64,000 bases of DNA from a bacterium (lineage in GTDB: Bacteria > Patescibacteriota > Minisyncoccia > Phycocordibacterales > UBA5272), in contig JAIXVU010000001.1 in NCBI GenBank assembly GCA_027482685.1, forward strand, positions 11 to 64,010, written 5' to 3'. Below the pieces are notes generated by a model. That model had not been told where the DNA came from. It searched no databases and was given only the letters and a program-made list of their open reading frames with translations. Below are positions 8,948-18,923 of this stretch, piece after piece; position 1 is the first letter of the stretch; each line of letters begins with the position of its first letter. Position numbers and translations under genes: made by a program.

Positions 8948-9622
8948 ATGAAATCTGTCATCACATTCTCTGAGATTCCTCCACATCATGCTGTGCTTAT
9001 GGTGCATAAAGAGAGAGGCGCCGTGGGCGCCTCTCTCTTTGACGAATTAAAAGAGTTGTCTCCGGTTCATAGATTCTTTGACCAGTCAGTTCTAGATATT
9101 GAGACAGCGAGATATATATCGTCGTGGTCTAACACTCCATACAGTGGAGAAAAAGTTGGGCTTATTTCCTTCAATACAGCTGGACTTGAAGCACAGAATG
9201 CTCTCCTTAAAGTTTTAGAAGAGCCAAGAGCAGGTGTACGCTTCATCATTATTACAACACACAGAGAGCACCTCATCCCAACAGTCTTATCAAGGCTTCA
9301 TCAGATGAATCTTACACAAGATGTTCTTCATGATGAGATGTATACAAAAGCTTACACATTTCTCACAACTCCAAAAGTTAACAGAATGAATCTCAAAGAA
9401 GTAAAATTGCTTCTTGAAGAAGAAGATGAAGAGGGACGCAAGAAACGCGAGTCCGTCAAGAGTTTTATCCTCGCACTTACTGATGTTTTGAAAACTGAAA
9501 ACAGTGAATCAAGATATATTCTTGAAACGTTAGAGTTCGCTTCATATGCATCTCGTCCTTCAACATCAGGCAAAGCGCTCATTGAGTACCTTGCTCTTCT
9601 ATTGCTAGAGATTAGAAATTAA
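8948..9622 (+). CDS. holB: DNA polymerase III delta' subunit-like clamp-loader protein (short form)
   Basis: AQNALLKVLEEP sensor motif and IPTVLSR, with no Walker A, fit delta'. 224 aa. An alternative TTG start is possible near 9055. Confidence 0.7.
   Translation: MKSVITFSEIPPHHAVLMVHKERGAVGASLFDELKELSPVHRFFDQSVLDIETARYISSWSNTPYSGEKVGLISFNTAGLEAQNALLKVLEEPRAGVRFIIITTHREHLIPTVLSRLHQMNLTQDVLHDEMYTKAYTFLTTPKVNRMNLKEVKLLLEEEDEEGRKKRESVKSFILALTDVLKTENSESRYILETLEFASYASRPSTSGKALIEYLALLLLEIRN
9008..9040. repeat. Palindromic hairpin aaagagagaggcgcc-GTGG-ggcgcctctctcttt embedded in-frame in the holB 5' region
   Basis: Core agaggcgccgtRggcgcctct is identical to the intergenic hairpin at 284-322. Here it encodes KERGAVGASLF inside the holB ORF. 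Confidence 0.6.
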
Positions 9623-9663
9623 TGTACAATTTGTCTACTAATAAGGTATTAAATTTTGTATTT

Positions 9664-9693
9664 CCTAACCCCTAATCTCTATACCCTAACTAT
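9664..9693 (+). repeat. CCCTAA leader motif (cctaacccctaatctctataccctaactat) abutting the frr start codon
   Basis: Ends 1 nt before the frr ATG. No SD sequence is present. Confidence 0.55.
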
Positions 9694-10248
9694 ATGTCAT
9701 ACAACTTTACAGATATACATCAAAAGAAAGAGGCAATAATCGATTGGTTGCATGGAGAGTATCGTTCTATTTCAACGGGTCGTGCTACACCTCAAGTGCT
9801 AGATCTTGTACATATAGACATGTATGGGGCACGAACTGCTATAGCGCATGCTGCGAGTATTACAATAGAAGACCCTCGTACACTTCGTGTATCACCATGG
9901 GATAAGACAATTTTAAGCGGAATGGAAAAAGCTATTAATGATGCAGATCTCGGACTATCAGTTGCATCTGACGCTGAAGGGCTACGTGTGCATTTCCCAG
10001 CGCTCACCACAGAGACACGTCAGAAGCTTGTTAAGTTACTTAAGGACAGACTAGAAGATGCCCGTGTGAAAGTCCGTTCTATGCGTGAAGATGGTAACAA
10101 AGATATTGATGCCCGCGAAAAAGCAGGAGAGTATGGTGAAGATGATAAGCGTCGTTATAGAGATGAGATGCAAAAGATAGTAGATGAAGCTAACCAGACT
10201 CTTGAAAGTACTTTTGATAAAAAAGAAAAAGAAGTAATGGGGGAGTAG
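9694..10248 (+). CDS. frr: Ribosome recycling factor
   Basis: Full-length RRF signature (ISTGRATPQVLDLV...RVSPWDK...LRVHFPALTTETRQKLVK). Confidence 0.92.
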   Translation: MSYNFTDIHQKKEAIIDWLHGEYRSISTGRATPQVLDLVHIDMYGARTAIAHAASITIEDPRTLRVSPWDKTILSGMEKAINDADLGLSVASDAEGLRVHFPALTTETRQKLVKLLKDRLEDARVKVRSMREDGNKDIDAREKAGEYGEDDKRRYRDEMQKIVDEANQTLESTFDKKEKEVMGE

Positions 10249-10283
10249 AAGTAAGGAGTATACTATAACAAATAACTAAATTA

Positions 10284-10318
10284 GAAATGAGGGACACCTG
10301 CGGTGTCCCTCATTTCTA
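10284..10318 (+). terminator. Terminator agaaatgagggacacc-tgcg-ggtgtccctcatttct
   Basis: Perfect 16-bp stem after the frr stop. Confidence 0.7.
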
Positions 10319-10382
10319 ATTGTATGTATCGCATGAAATATCTTTGCTATGGTATACTTTTGACTATCAAATAACTTAATTT

Positions 10383-11495
10383 ATGTCGCTTACCACTATC
10401 TTATTGTTCCTTCTTATTATTGTTGTTCTGGTGCTTATTCATGAACTTGGGCATTTCTTAGCAGCGAAGTGGGTTGGGATGAGGGTGGATGAGTTTGCTT
10501 TTGGATTTCCTCCAAGACTTTTCAGTAAAAAAATTGGCGAGACAGTCTATGCGTTCAATGCGTTACCGCTTGGTGGGTATGTTGCTATTTGGGGTGAAAA
10601 TGGATCAGAAGATGATAACAAAGAAGATGGCGCAAAACATCACAAGAGAGCGTTTGGTAATCGTCCATGGTGGGCACAGTTATTTGTACTAGTTGCAGGT
10701 GTAACGATGAACATGTTACTTGCGCTTTTTATATTCATTATTATTTCATACGGTCCAGTAAATATTAGTACCACAGATGAGATATATGGTGATCGTGTAC
10801 GAAATGCACAAATGGTAATTGTCGACACGTTACCTAATAGCCCAGCTCTTAATGCAGGCTTGAAACCAGGAACAGTTATCACGAGTATGACAGCAGGTCG
10901 TCAGAAGGCTGACATGACAACTGCAACATCACTCGTACTCTTTATTAACCGTAACATTGATACACCGTTTGTTGTTACCTATAAGACGCCTAAGGGTGAA
11001 TACGCAAGTACGACAATTGCTGCGGTGTACGGAGTTGTCCCTCATGGTAAGAAGGCGCTCGGTATTGCAGTAGATACAATCGGCACTGTTGATATTGGTT
11101 TTTTTGAATCATTCACGCTTGGTGCTGAGAGAACATATCAGATGACACTCATGACTGTGTATGGCTTACGAGATGTGCTTGTCTCTTTAGGTAAAGGTGA
11201 GAATGTACTTCAATCACTTTCAGGTCCTGTGGGTATCGCACGTATTGTAGGGGAAACGAGTGAGTATGGAATGGATCCACTGCTTACTCTCGTTGCTGTG
11301 CTATCTATCAATCTTGCAATCTTTAATATTCTCCCGCTTCCGGCACTTGATGGTGGGCGTATGGTTATGGTGATTATTGAAACAATTACACGACGCAAGA
11401 TTCCGTTTAAGTATTACTCTTGGTTAAATGGTGTAGGATTCATAGCACTTCTCTTACTTCTCGTTGTTGTAACATTTAAAGATTTTACACAGTAG
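10383..11495 (+). CDS. rseP: RIP zinc metalloprotease RseP (site-2 protease)
   Basis: HELGHFLAAKWVGMRVDEFAFGFPPRL HExxH motif, a PDZ-like middle region and NILPLPALDGGRMV. Confidence 0.9.
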   Translation: MSLTTILLFLLIIVVLVLIHELGHFLAAKWVGMRVDEFAFGFPPRLFSKKIGETVYAFNALPLGGYVAIWGENGSEDDNKEDGAKHHKRAFGNRPWWAQLFVLVAGVTMNMLLALFIFIIISYGPVNISTTDEIYGDRVRNAQMVIVDTLPNSPALNAGLKPGTVITSMTAGRQKADMTTATSLVLFINRNIDTPFVVTYKTPKGEYASTTIAAVYGVVPHGKKALGIAVDTIGTVDIGFFESFTLGAERTYQMTLMTVYGLRDVLVSLGKGENVLQSLSGPVGIARIVGETSEYGMDPLLTLVAVLSINLAIFNILPLPALDGGRMVMVIIETITRRKIPFKYYSWLNGVGFIALLLLLVVVTFKDFTQ

Positions 11496-11519
11496 TACTT
11501 TCAAAGTACAATACTCTTC

Positions 11520-12800
11520 ATGCGACAATCACATCTTTACACTAAGACATTAAAAGAAGCCCCTTCAGATGAAGTATCCAAAAACGCGATACTACTTACA
11601 CGTGCAGGATATATTCATAAAGAAATGGCTGGAGTCTATACCATCATGCCACTTGGTCTACGAGTGCTTACGAAGATTGAGAATATCATTCGTCATCACA
11701 TGGATACCGTTGGTAATGAGCTTCTCATGCCTGCACTTTCTCCAACTGAGAGATGGGAGGCAACAGGGAGATTAGACAGCATCGATGTCCTCATGAAAAC
11801 TGCGCCAGCCAACAAGGCATCTGAGGAACGTTCGTCAGCGTCATACATTCTTAACCCGACACACGAGGATGTCATCACTCCTATTGTGAAAAACATTACG
11901 AGGTCATACAAAGACCTACCTGTTGCGATGTATCAGATACAAAGTAAGTTTAGAAATGAAGCCCGTGCAAAGTCAGGCCTCCTACGCGAACGCGAGTTTC
12001 GTATGAAGGATCTCTACAGCTTCCATGTATCACAAGATGACTTAATGAGATTTTATGAAGAGATGAAGAGCGTATATGCAAATGTATTTCGTGATATCGG
12101 TATTGGCAAAGAGACATTTATCACTGTTGCTTCAGGTGGAGATTTCACTCCGAATTTTTCACATGAGTTCCAGACTCTTACAGATGCAGGAGAGGATGTT
12201 GTGTATCTAGATAGAAAGAATGGTATTGCATATAACAAAGAAGTAGTTACAGAGGAGAACGCGAAGAAGCTCGGTGTTGATTTTGGAACACTTGAGCAAG
12301 TAAAAGCATGTGAAGTTGGAAACATATTTCCACTCGATACTCGTTTTAGTTCTGCACTTGATTATACTTACATCGATGATAAGGGTGAAAAACAGTTAGT
12401 ATACATGGGTAGCTATGGCATCGGACCTACACGCCTTATGGGTGTAGTTACAGAGGTGTTTGCAGATGATAAGGGTCTCGTATGGCCAGCGTCTATTGCA
12501 CCATTTTCGCTACATTTGATTGTCCTTGCAAAAGAAAAAGATGCAGATAGTTACAAGCAAGCAGAAGAGTTATACAAGAAGCTAACCGAGAAAGGTGTTG
12601 AAGTATTATTTGATGATCGTATGGTAGGCGCAGGCGAGAAATTCGCTGATAGTGATCTCATTGGTATTCCGATGCGAGTGGTAGTTAGTGATAAGTCGTT
12701 ACTTGCAGGTGGTGTTGAGATAAAAGAACGCACGAGTGAGAAAAGTGAAGTAGTAACTATTGATGAACTTCTAAAAACCTACACAGGAAATTGTGAGTAG
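11520..12800 (+). CDS. proS: Prolyl-tRNA synthetase (class II, short form without editing domain)
   Basis: ProRS N-terminus LTRAGYIHKEMAGVYTIMPLGLRVLTKIENIIR, class II motifs and a C-terminal anticodon-binding domain. 426 aa. Confidence 0.85.
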   Translation: MRQSHLYTKTLKEAPSDEVSKNAILLTRAGYIHKEMAGVYTIMPLGLRVLTKIENIIRHHMDTVGNELLMPALSPTERWEATGRLDSIDVLMKTAPANKASEERSSASYILNPTHEDVITPIVKNITRSYKDLPVAMYQIQSKFRNEARAKSGLLREREFRMKDLYSFHVSQDDLMRFYEEMKSVYANVFRDIGIGKETFITVASGGDFTPNFSHEFQTLTDAGEDVVYLDRKNGIAYNKEVVTEENAKKLGVDFGTLEQVKACEVGNIFPLDTRFSSALDYTYIDDKGEKQLVYMGSYGIGPTRLMGVVTEVFADDKGLVWPASIAPFSLHLIVLAKEKDADSYKQAEELYKKLTEKGVEVLFDDRMVGAGEKFADSDLIGIPMRVVVSDKSLLAGGVEIKERTSEKSEVVTIDELLKTYTGNCE

Positions 12801-12915
12801 GGGTGTAGATAGTAAATAGCAAAAAGTAGAGTAGATGGTGAGATGTGCAGAGGGCGCCTTACGGTACCCTCTGTTTACGTATTGCTATAAATCAATTGAC
12901 GCTATATAAAAACGA

Positions 12916-12937
12916 ACCCGCGCCGTAGGCGCGGGTC
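12916..12937. terminator. Bidirectional terminator acccgcgcc-GTAG-gcgcgggt
   Basis: GC hairpin with GTAG loop between the convergent proS (+) and 12954..13352 (-) genes. Confidence 0.7.
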
Positions 12938-12953
12938 ACGAAGCGCGAAGGCT

Positions 12954-13352
12954 TCAGACAGGTGAAGGTGTCCGTGTGAACATCTTCTTCTCTTCTTCGG
13001 TCACATCTCCGGGGATCTCGAACTCGTTATCGATCCTCTTGATACGGCCATCACACAGGCCGTCAACGTAGTCGAGGAGCTTCATCTCTTCCGACGTCTG
13101 ATCAGCAATGATCAGTCCGTAGAGGGCAGTTGAGTAGCTGAAGCTTAGCCCCCCGTTGCGTTCTTTTTCTCGATACGAAATCTTGTCGTGATTGATTCCG
13201 TCGAGTAGCAGCTTCTTGGCGAGTTCGTCACGTTGTTTCAGAACCTCGTCGAGACGGCGGCTAAGTATGTTCATTTGTTTGCTGTGACGCTTTTTGTTTT
13301 TCTTGAACGTGTATCGCCAAATCATGATGATGCCGATGTAGACGATGTGCAT
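12954..13352 (-). CDS. Hypothetical protein (132 aa), GC-rich with SD
   Basis: About 50% GC. AGGAG sits 6 nt before the ATG. No recognisable domain. Flanked by AT-rich core genes. Confidence 0.5.
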   Translation of the reverse strand: MHIVYIGIIMIWRYTFKKNKKRHSKQMNILSRRLDEVLKQRDELAKKLLLDGINHDKISYREKERNGGLSFSYSTALYGLIIADQTSEEMKLLDYVDGLCDGRIKRIDNEFEIPGDVTEEEKKMFTRTPSPV

Positions 13353-13469
13353 TGGTACTCCTGGTTTGGATGTGGTAATTGGGACAGCTTATTATATTAT
13401 ACTACATTTATAAAATAAGTCAAGTAAAGCTGAAAATTAAAATCATGATAGAATGAGTCAATACTATCT

Positions 13470-14519
13470 ATGTTTAGCAGTCTCTATCATCGCTTTTCAA
13501 ATGACATCGGAATTGACCTAGGTACTGCAAACACCCTTGTATATCTTGGTGGTAGAGGTATCGTTATCAACGAGCCATCGGTTGTTGCGCTTAACACAAA
13601 GACTAACCGAGTGGTTGCGGTAGGAATGGAAGCAAAGAATATGATGGGTCGCACGCCACAGCATATACGCATTGTTAGACCACTTGTTGACGGAGTGATA
13701 TCTGATTATGAAGTTACAGAAGAGATGCTCAGCTATCTTATCAACAAAGCAAATGAGATAGATAAGAAATTATTCCGCCCACGTGTTGTTATCGGCATAC
13801 CGGTGGGTATCACTAATGTGGAGATGCGCGCTGTGTATGATGCCGCTATATCAGCAGGTGCGCGTGAGGTCTACATCGTAGAAGAACCAATGGCGGCAGC
13901 TATAGGTGTGAGACTTCCAATACATGAACCAGTAGGCAGTATGATGGTGGACATTGGTGGCGGCACAACAGATATTGCAGTTATTGCGCTCTCTGGAGTA
14001 GTGCGCGCAAAGAGCTTAAAAGTTGCAGGCGATAAACTAACAGAAGATATCATCACCTATATGCGTGATGAGTTCAAGATGTTAATAGGAGAAAAGACAG
14101 GTGAGCATATCAAGATGACGATAGGGTCAGCACTCCCAGATGAACATGGTGAAGAGATGAGTATCAAGGGACGAGATCTTGTTACAGGGCTACCACGTGA
14201 AGCAATAATTACTGATGTTGATATCCGTCAAGCAATGTATAGCTCTATCTCCCAGTTAGTTGATGTTATTCGTGAAGTACTTGAGACTACACCACCTGAA
14301 GTACTCTCTGATATCATGCAACGCGGTATAGTAGTTTCAGGTGGTGGGGCGCTTATTCGTAACTTGCCTAAACTACTTGAAATGCAACTTAAAGTTCCAG
14401 TTACTGTATCTGATGATCCATTAACAGCAGTTGCTCGCGGAACAGGAGTTATACTAGAGCATATTGATGAGTACAAAGACGTGCTAATCAAAAATACAGA
14501 TGACATATCTTTCCGATAA
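13470..14519 (+). CDS. mreB: Rod shape-determining protein MreB, paralog 2
   Basis: GIDLGTANTLVY and DIGGGTTDIAVI. 349 aa. Followed by mreC and PBP2. Confidence 0.9.
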   Translation: MFSSLYHRFSNDIGIDLGTANTLVYLGGRGIVINEPSVVALNTKTNRVVAVGMEAKNMMGRTPQHIRIVRPLVDGVISDYEVTEEMLSYLINKANEIDKKLFRPRVVIGIPVGITNVEMRAVYDAAISAGAREVYIVEEPMAAAIGVRLPIHEPVGSMMVDIGGGTTDIAVIALSGVVRAKSLKVAGDKLTEDIITYMRDEFKMLIGEKTGEHIKMTIGSALPDEHGEEMSIKGRDLVTGLPREAIITDVDIRQAMYSSISQLVDVIREVLETTPPEVLSDIMQRGIVVSGGGALIRNLPKLLEMQLKVPVTVSDDPLTAVARGTGVILEHIDEYKDVLIKNTDDISFR

Positions 14520-15303
14520 AAAAAGAAAAATCTCTAAAGTAAAGCTTGCTTTTTTGGTTATACTTTTCTTTCTGCTTACCTATTTTTGGTTTTCTATTAG
14601 AACTTATGTACGCGCGGAAGCCGAGTCTTTACCGTTTATCTATAGTGCAGTAAAAGAAATTACTACACTTTTGCCTAATGCTGTTAGTCTAACTCTTACC
14701 TCGAAGAATACTCTTGCAAAAGAGAATAGTGATCTTAAGAAAAAAGTAGAACAATTACAAAACGAGCTAGCGCTTAATCGTATAGAAAGCATAGAACAAG
14801 TAACCATAAGCGAGGAAAGGGCTTCCACAACAGTACAAACCGCAAAAATAAAAATTCTTCCGCTTGCCATGTATCCACTTATGCAAGATATTAGTTCTAT
14901 CTATGGAACAATATTACTTTCTCGTGGTGCAAATGACGGTGTTCTAAACGATATGTTGGTGTACATACAAGGTAGAGGTCTTGTATGTAAAGTTGTCACA
15001 GTTAATGCACGCACTGCCATTTGTAAGTTATTTACTTCACCAAAAGAAACTGTTGATGGAGTCATTGGAACAACCACACTTACGCTCTACGGTGATGGAG
15101 GTGGTGCGTACATTGCTGATAGTGTGCGTGGAAGTAATATTAACGAAGGTGATACAATTTATTTCAAAAGTGATGAAACTATGACACTTGGAACAGTTGC
15201 AAGTGTTAAGCGCGACCCACAAGCAGCCTTTGAGAAGGTATATGTTCGAGGGGTGTATAGTCCAACCCAAGCACATATTTTTTATGTTGATAAACAACCA
15301 TAA
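14500..15303 (+). CDS. mreC: Rod shape-determining protein MreC-like
   Basis: N-terminal TM, coiled-coil (LKKKVEQLQNELALNR) and a C-terminal beta domain. Sits between mreB and mrdA and overlaps the mreB stop. Confidence 0.7.
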   Translation: MTYLSDKKRKISKVKLAFLVILFFLLTYFWFSIRTYVRAEAESLPFIYSAVKEITTLLPNAVSLTLTSKNTLAKENSDLKKKVEQLQNELALNRIESIEQVTISEERASTTVQTAKIKILPLAMYPLMQDISSIYGTILLSRGANDGVLNDMLVYIQGRGLVCKVVTVNARTAICKLFTSPKETVDGVIGTTTLTLYGDGGGAYIADSVRGSNINEGDTIYFKSDETMTLGTVASVKRDPQAAFEKVYVRGVYSPTQAHIFYVDKQP

Positions 15304-15307
15304 TTCT

Positions 15308-15466
15308 ATGTACTTTCGTTATAGTATCTATACTATTATTTTTTGTATAACATTATTTATTGATGTATTTTTAGGTGTTGCACGAGTACCAATCCTCACA
15401 CTCTTCTTTTGTGGTATAGTAGTCATATATGAAACTGTTTCGCCGTTTATCTACGTATCGCGCTAA
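15308..15466 (+). CDS. Small hydrophobic ORF (52 aa), possible MreD remnant
   Basis: One or two predicted TM helices at the position where mreD usually lies. Overlaps the mrdA start. Confidence 0.25.
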   Translation: MYFRYSIYTIIFCITLFIDVFLGVARVPILTLFFCGIVVIYETVSPFIYVSR

Positions 15467-17141
15467 AGTCCTTTCTTCACATGAGATAGCACCTGAGGAC
15501 GTATTTCTTGATTCTCAGAATCTTTCTAATCTTGATGTTGATCATATGCAAGGGGCTCTTGAAAGACCGCTTGGTAAACATGTATTTTATTTAACAATTG
15601 GGGTCGTCCTGTTACTTTTTTTTGCATTTACCTACAGACTCTTTAGTATGCAGATTATAGAAGGTCAGGAGTACAAAGATAAAGCTGATCGCAACCATCT
15701 TCGCTCAACACCAATATTTGCACTTCGTGGGACTATTACTGATAGAAATGGTGAGCTACTCGCGTGGAATGTATTAGGTACATCAACATCAGCAACATCA
15801 ACTGATGTGCCTAAGCGTAGATACATAGATCAAGAAGGTTTTTCTCATCTCCTTGGTTATGTCAGTTATCCGAAAAAAGATACGAGTGGAATATTTTGGC
15901 AAGATACATACATCGGTAAAGATGGTGTAGAGATGCAATATCAAGATAGACTACAAGGTAAGCCAGGCGAGCGTGTGATAGCAGTAGACGCACTACATAA
16001 TATAGAAGCACAAAACGTAACAATAGACCCAGTTCATGGAGAGAATATCCAGTTAAGTATAGATAGTAAGGTTCAATCAAAACTCTACGAGAGCATTAAA
16101 GCACTTGCGCATAAAGCACCCTTTGTAGCAGGTGCTGGGGTTATCATGGATGTTAATACAGGAGAGATACTAGCTCTTACTAGTTATCCGCAATATAGCA
16201 ATAACATAATTACTAATACCGAAACCAAGGAAGACAAGAAGCAGGTGGCAGACGATTTACTCGATCCTAAAAAGAAGTTTCTTAATCGCATAACATCAGG
16301 CCTCTTTGTCCCTGGGTCTACTGTTAAGCCATATGTAGCTCTAGCTGTACTCATGGAAGACATTATTGATCCGTATACTAATATTTATAGTGCGGGGCAG
16401 TTGGTAATAAAGAATAAGTATGGCGGACCAGATACTATTTTTAAAGATTGGAAGAAGCACGGCTATGTTGATATGCGTCATGCTATCGCAGTATCCTCCG
16501 ATGAATATTTCTATCAGGTTGGTGGTGGATATATGTCACAGAAAGGTATAGGTATTGATAAGATACATGATTATTTGACACGATTCGGTTTTGCAACCAC
16601 AACGGGGATAGATTTACCAGGTGAAAAAGCTGGCACCGTGCCGTCTCAAGAATGGAAAAAGAGGGTCTTTGGAGAAGATTGGTACGTTGGGAATACTTAT
16701 CATACATCTATTGGTCAGTATGGTTTTCAGGTGACACCTCTTGAGCTTGTGCGTGCTGTTGCTATGGTTGCAAATGGAGGCACATTAGTTACACCACATG
16801 TGCTACAAGGTGCAAAAACTTCTCCATTACAAGTTGAGCTTAAGGATAAAGATTTGAAAGTCATTCGAGAGGGTATGCTTCTTGCTGTTACAGAGGGAAC
16901 AGGAAAGTCTCTTAATGTAACAGGTGTAACTTCTGCGTCAAAGTCAGGCACGGCCGAGCTTGGAGTTTCAAAGGATAATGTTAACTCATGGATAACTGGA
17001 TATTTCCCATATGAGAATCCAAAATATGCCTATGTTGTTGTGATGGAGAAGGGAAGTCGTCACAATGTATTTGGTGCGGTTGGTGTTATGCGGGAGATGC
17101 TACTTTGGATGCGTGATAATACAAACTACACTAAGGAATAA
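15429..17141 (+). CDS. mrdA: Penicillin-binding protein 2 (elongasome transpeptidase)
   Basis: N-terminal TM anchor. Transpeptidase motifs STVKP (SxxK), SSD (SxN) and KSGT (KTG). Confidence 0.88.
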   Translation: MKLFRRLSTYRAKVLSSHEIAPEDVFLDSQNLSNLDVDHMQGALERPLGKHVFYLTIGVVLLLFFAFTYRLFSMQIIEGQEYKDKADRNHLRSTPIFALRGTITDRNGELLAWNVLGTSTSATSTDVPKRRYIDQEGFSHLLGYVSYPKKDTSGIFWQDTYIGKDGVEMQYQDRLQGKPGERVIAVDALHNIEAQNVTIDPVHGENIQLSIDSKVQSKLYESIKALAHKAPFVAGAGVIMDVNTGEILALTSYPQYSNNIITNTETKEDKKQVADDLLDPKKKFLNRITSGLFVPGSTVKPYVALAVLMEDIIDPYTNIYSAGQLVIKNKYGGPDTIFKDWKKHGYVDMRHAIAVSSDEYFYQVGGGYMSQKGIGIDKIHDYLTRFGFATTTGIDLPGEKAGTVPSQEWKKRVFGEDWYVGNTYHTSIGQYGFQVTPLELVRAVAMVANGGTLVTPHVLQGAKTSPLQVELKDKDLKVIREGMLLAVTEGTGKSLNVTGVTSASKSGTAELGVSKDNVNSWITGYFPYENPKYAYVVVMEKGSRHNVFGAVGVMREMLLWMRDNTNYTKE

Positions 17142-17178
17142 AAGGAAAATAAGTAGAAAGAATCTAAGTAAAGGAAAA

Positions 17179-17201
17179 GGGACAGTACAAAGTACTGTCC
17201 C
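17179..17201. terminator. Bidirectional terminator gggacagtac-aa-agtactgtccc
   Basis: Perfect palindrome between the convergent mrdA (+) and 17224..17757 (-) genes. Confidence 0.65.
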
Positions 17202-17223
17202 ACTGCATATTTTGACATGCTAA

Positions 17224-17757
17224 TCATGGATTGATCCATTGAAGTTCATGAACCTCATTAAACATCACGATGTATATTGATGGATCATAATATATCCTGT
17301 TTATGCGTTTCGGAAAGTATGCTGATGTGCTCAGTATACTCACAGAACTGACCGTACCCCTGCATGCGCTTACTGTAAGTACTCGTGTATTTCCACTCTT
17401 TTGCTGTGAGGCTATGAGCGCACAATGCTTATTATCTACAAGAAGAGTACCTTCTGTAGATTCATTGTCGTTTAGATTTTCAAGAGCTTGTCTAGACATT
17501 TGAACTACAGATACACCACTTTTAACATCTGTATGTGTGCAATACGTACCAAATCGATTACACGATACAGTTTCTCGCACATTACCATGTCTGTGGTCTA
17601 TTATTTCAGTCTGAAGCCGTGGTAAAGGTCGGACTACCCGATGTGTCTCAAAACGCTCTATTCCTGTGAGCATATCAGTCACTTTGTACAAGGCGCTTTG
17701 TGCAAACACTACATGTGGCATGTTTGCAAGAAGTATCAAGAAAAGGTAAGCCTTCAT
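17224..17757 (-). CDS. Hypothetical secreted protein (177 aa), GC-rich with SD
   Basis: Signal peptide MKAYLFLILLANMPHVVFAQS. AGGAGAGAGCG precedes the ATG. GC content is above the flanks. Confidence 0.55.
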   Translation of the reverse strand: MKAYLFLILLANMPHVVFAQSALYKVTDMLTGIERFETHRVVRPLPRLQTEIIDHRHGNVRETVSCNRFGTYCTHTDVKSGVSVVQMSRQALENLNDNESTEGTLLVDNKHCALIASQQKSGNTRVLTVSACRGTVSSVSILSTSAYFPKRINRIYYDPSIYIVMFNEVHELQWINP

Positions 17758-17930
17758 CGCTCTCTCCTCTAGTGACTAGTAGTTAATAAAAGGTCAAGCT
17801 TATATGGGTATATTCTAAATAAAATTAGTTGTCAAATACATTTGTCGAGGTTTGCAAAATAAATTACTAAAAAACAGAAACCGCCTAAGGCAGGTTCCTG
17901 CGTCGGCGGTTGGTATAGTGAGACTGTCAA

Positions 17931-18170
17931 TCAAGATTGACTTGTGATGAAGCAATGTGTTAGCCACATCGTCACATTGTATGTAACTGCGCCGTAGCAT
18001 CCAAGTTGAAGTCTCGTATCATCTCGTAACCAAAAATAACCAAGAACGACAAACCACACAAGAAATGAGATAAAGAGTACGTACTGTTCTGCATATCGTC
18101 CAGACAACAGTCCAAGTATGAGCATTATTGTGCAAAATTGGACATTAAAAAAGTCTCTTGCTCGGTCCAT
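17931..18170 (-). CDS. Small hypothetical membrane protein (79 aa)
   Basis: Two hydrophobic helices. Low-confidence gene. Confidence 0.3.
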   Translation of the reverse strand: MDRARDFFNVQFCTIMLILGLLSGRYAEQYVLFISFLVWFVVLGYFWLRDDTRLQLGCYGAVTYNVTMWLTHCFITSQS

Positions 18171-18263
18171 GAAAATTCTCCTAGCAACTTGTGTTAGGCC
18201 AAGAACAACTTTTTTATTATATATTAATTTATCGTTTTGTCAATATAACCAACTCTTGTTTTT

Positions 18264-18740
18264 ATGTTATACTATTTAAATATGGAATATCTAACACCAG
18301 AAAAAAAATTAGAACTAGAAAATGAGCTTAACACCCTAAAAACAATACGTCGTAAGGAGATTGCGGACGCTCTTGAGTATGCAAAGTCCTTAGGTGATCT
18401 CTCAGAAAACGCTGAGTATCATCAGGCACGCGAGGATCAGGCTAACTGTGAGGACCGTATTAACCATCTTGAGATGATTCTCAAGAATGCTGTTATTACA
18501 ACAGGTAAACACAAAGCTGGAGTTGTAGAAGTTGGTGTTGTGGTAACGGTAAACAAGAAAGGAGAAAAATCTGACCGTGAATTCACATTAGTTGGAAGTG
18601 AAGAAGCTGACTCACTTACTGGTAAGATCTCTAACGAGTCACCGCTTGGTATTGCACTCCTTGGCAAGATGAAAGGTGATGTTGTAAAAGTTACAACTCC
18701 AAAAGGTGAAAGTGTATATACAATCAAAGCAGTAGCGTAG
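18264..18740 (+). CDS. greA: Transcription elongation factor GreA
   Basis: LTPEKKLELENELNTLKTIRRKEIADALEYAKSLGDLSENAEYHQARE and a C-terminal FKBP-like domain. The true start may be the ATG at 18282. Confidence 0.9.
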   Translation: MLYYLNMEYLTPEKKLELENELNTLKTIRRKEIADALEYAKSLGDLSENAEYHQAREDQANCEDRINHLEMILKNAVITTGKHKAGVVEVGVVVTVNKKGEKSDREFTLVGSEEADSLTGKISNESPLGIALLGKMKGDVVKVTTPKGESVYTIKAVA

Positions 18741-18769
18741 GGGTAGTCAATAGTTTATGGTTAATAGTA

Positions 18770-18800
18770 GAACACGCGCGACCGAAGGTCGCGCGTGTTC
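18770..18800 (+). terminator. Terminator gaacacgcgcgacc-GAAG-gtcgcgcgtgttc
   Basis: Perfect 14-bp stem after greA. Related to the hairpin at 20843. Confidence 0.7.
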
Positions 18801-18923
18801 TGTATTTAACTAATTACAAATTACTAATAACTAATTACTTGTGCTTCCATATCGACTAAACTTCTCCAATTTGTTACTATACTGTATATCAACACGCATC
18901 TCAACTATTAACATTAACTATCC

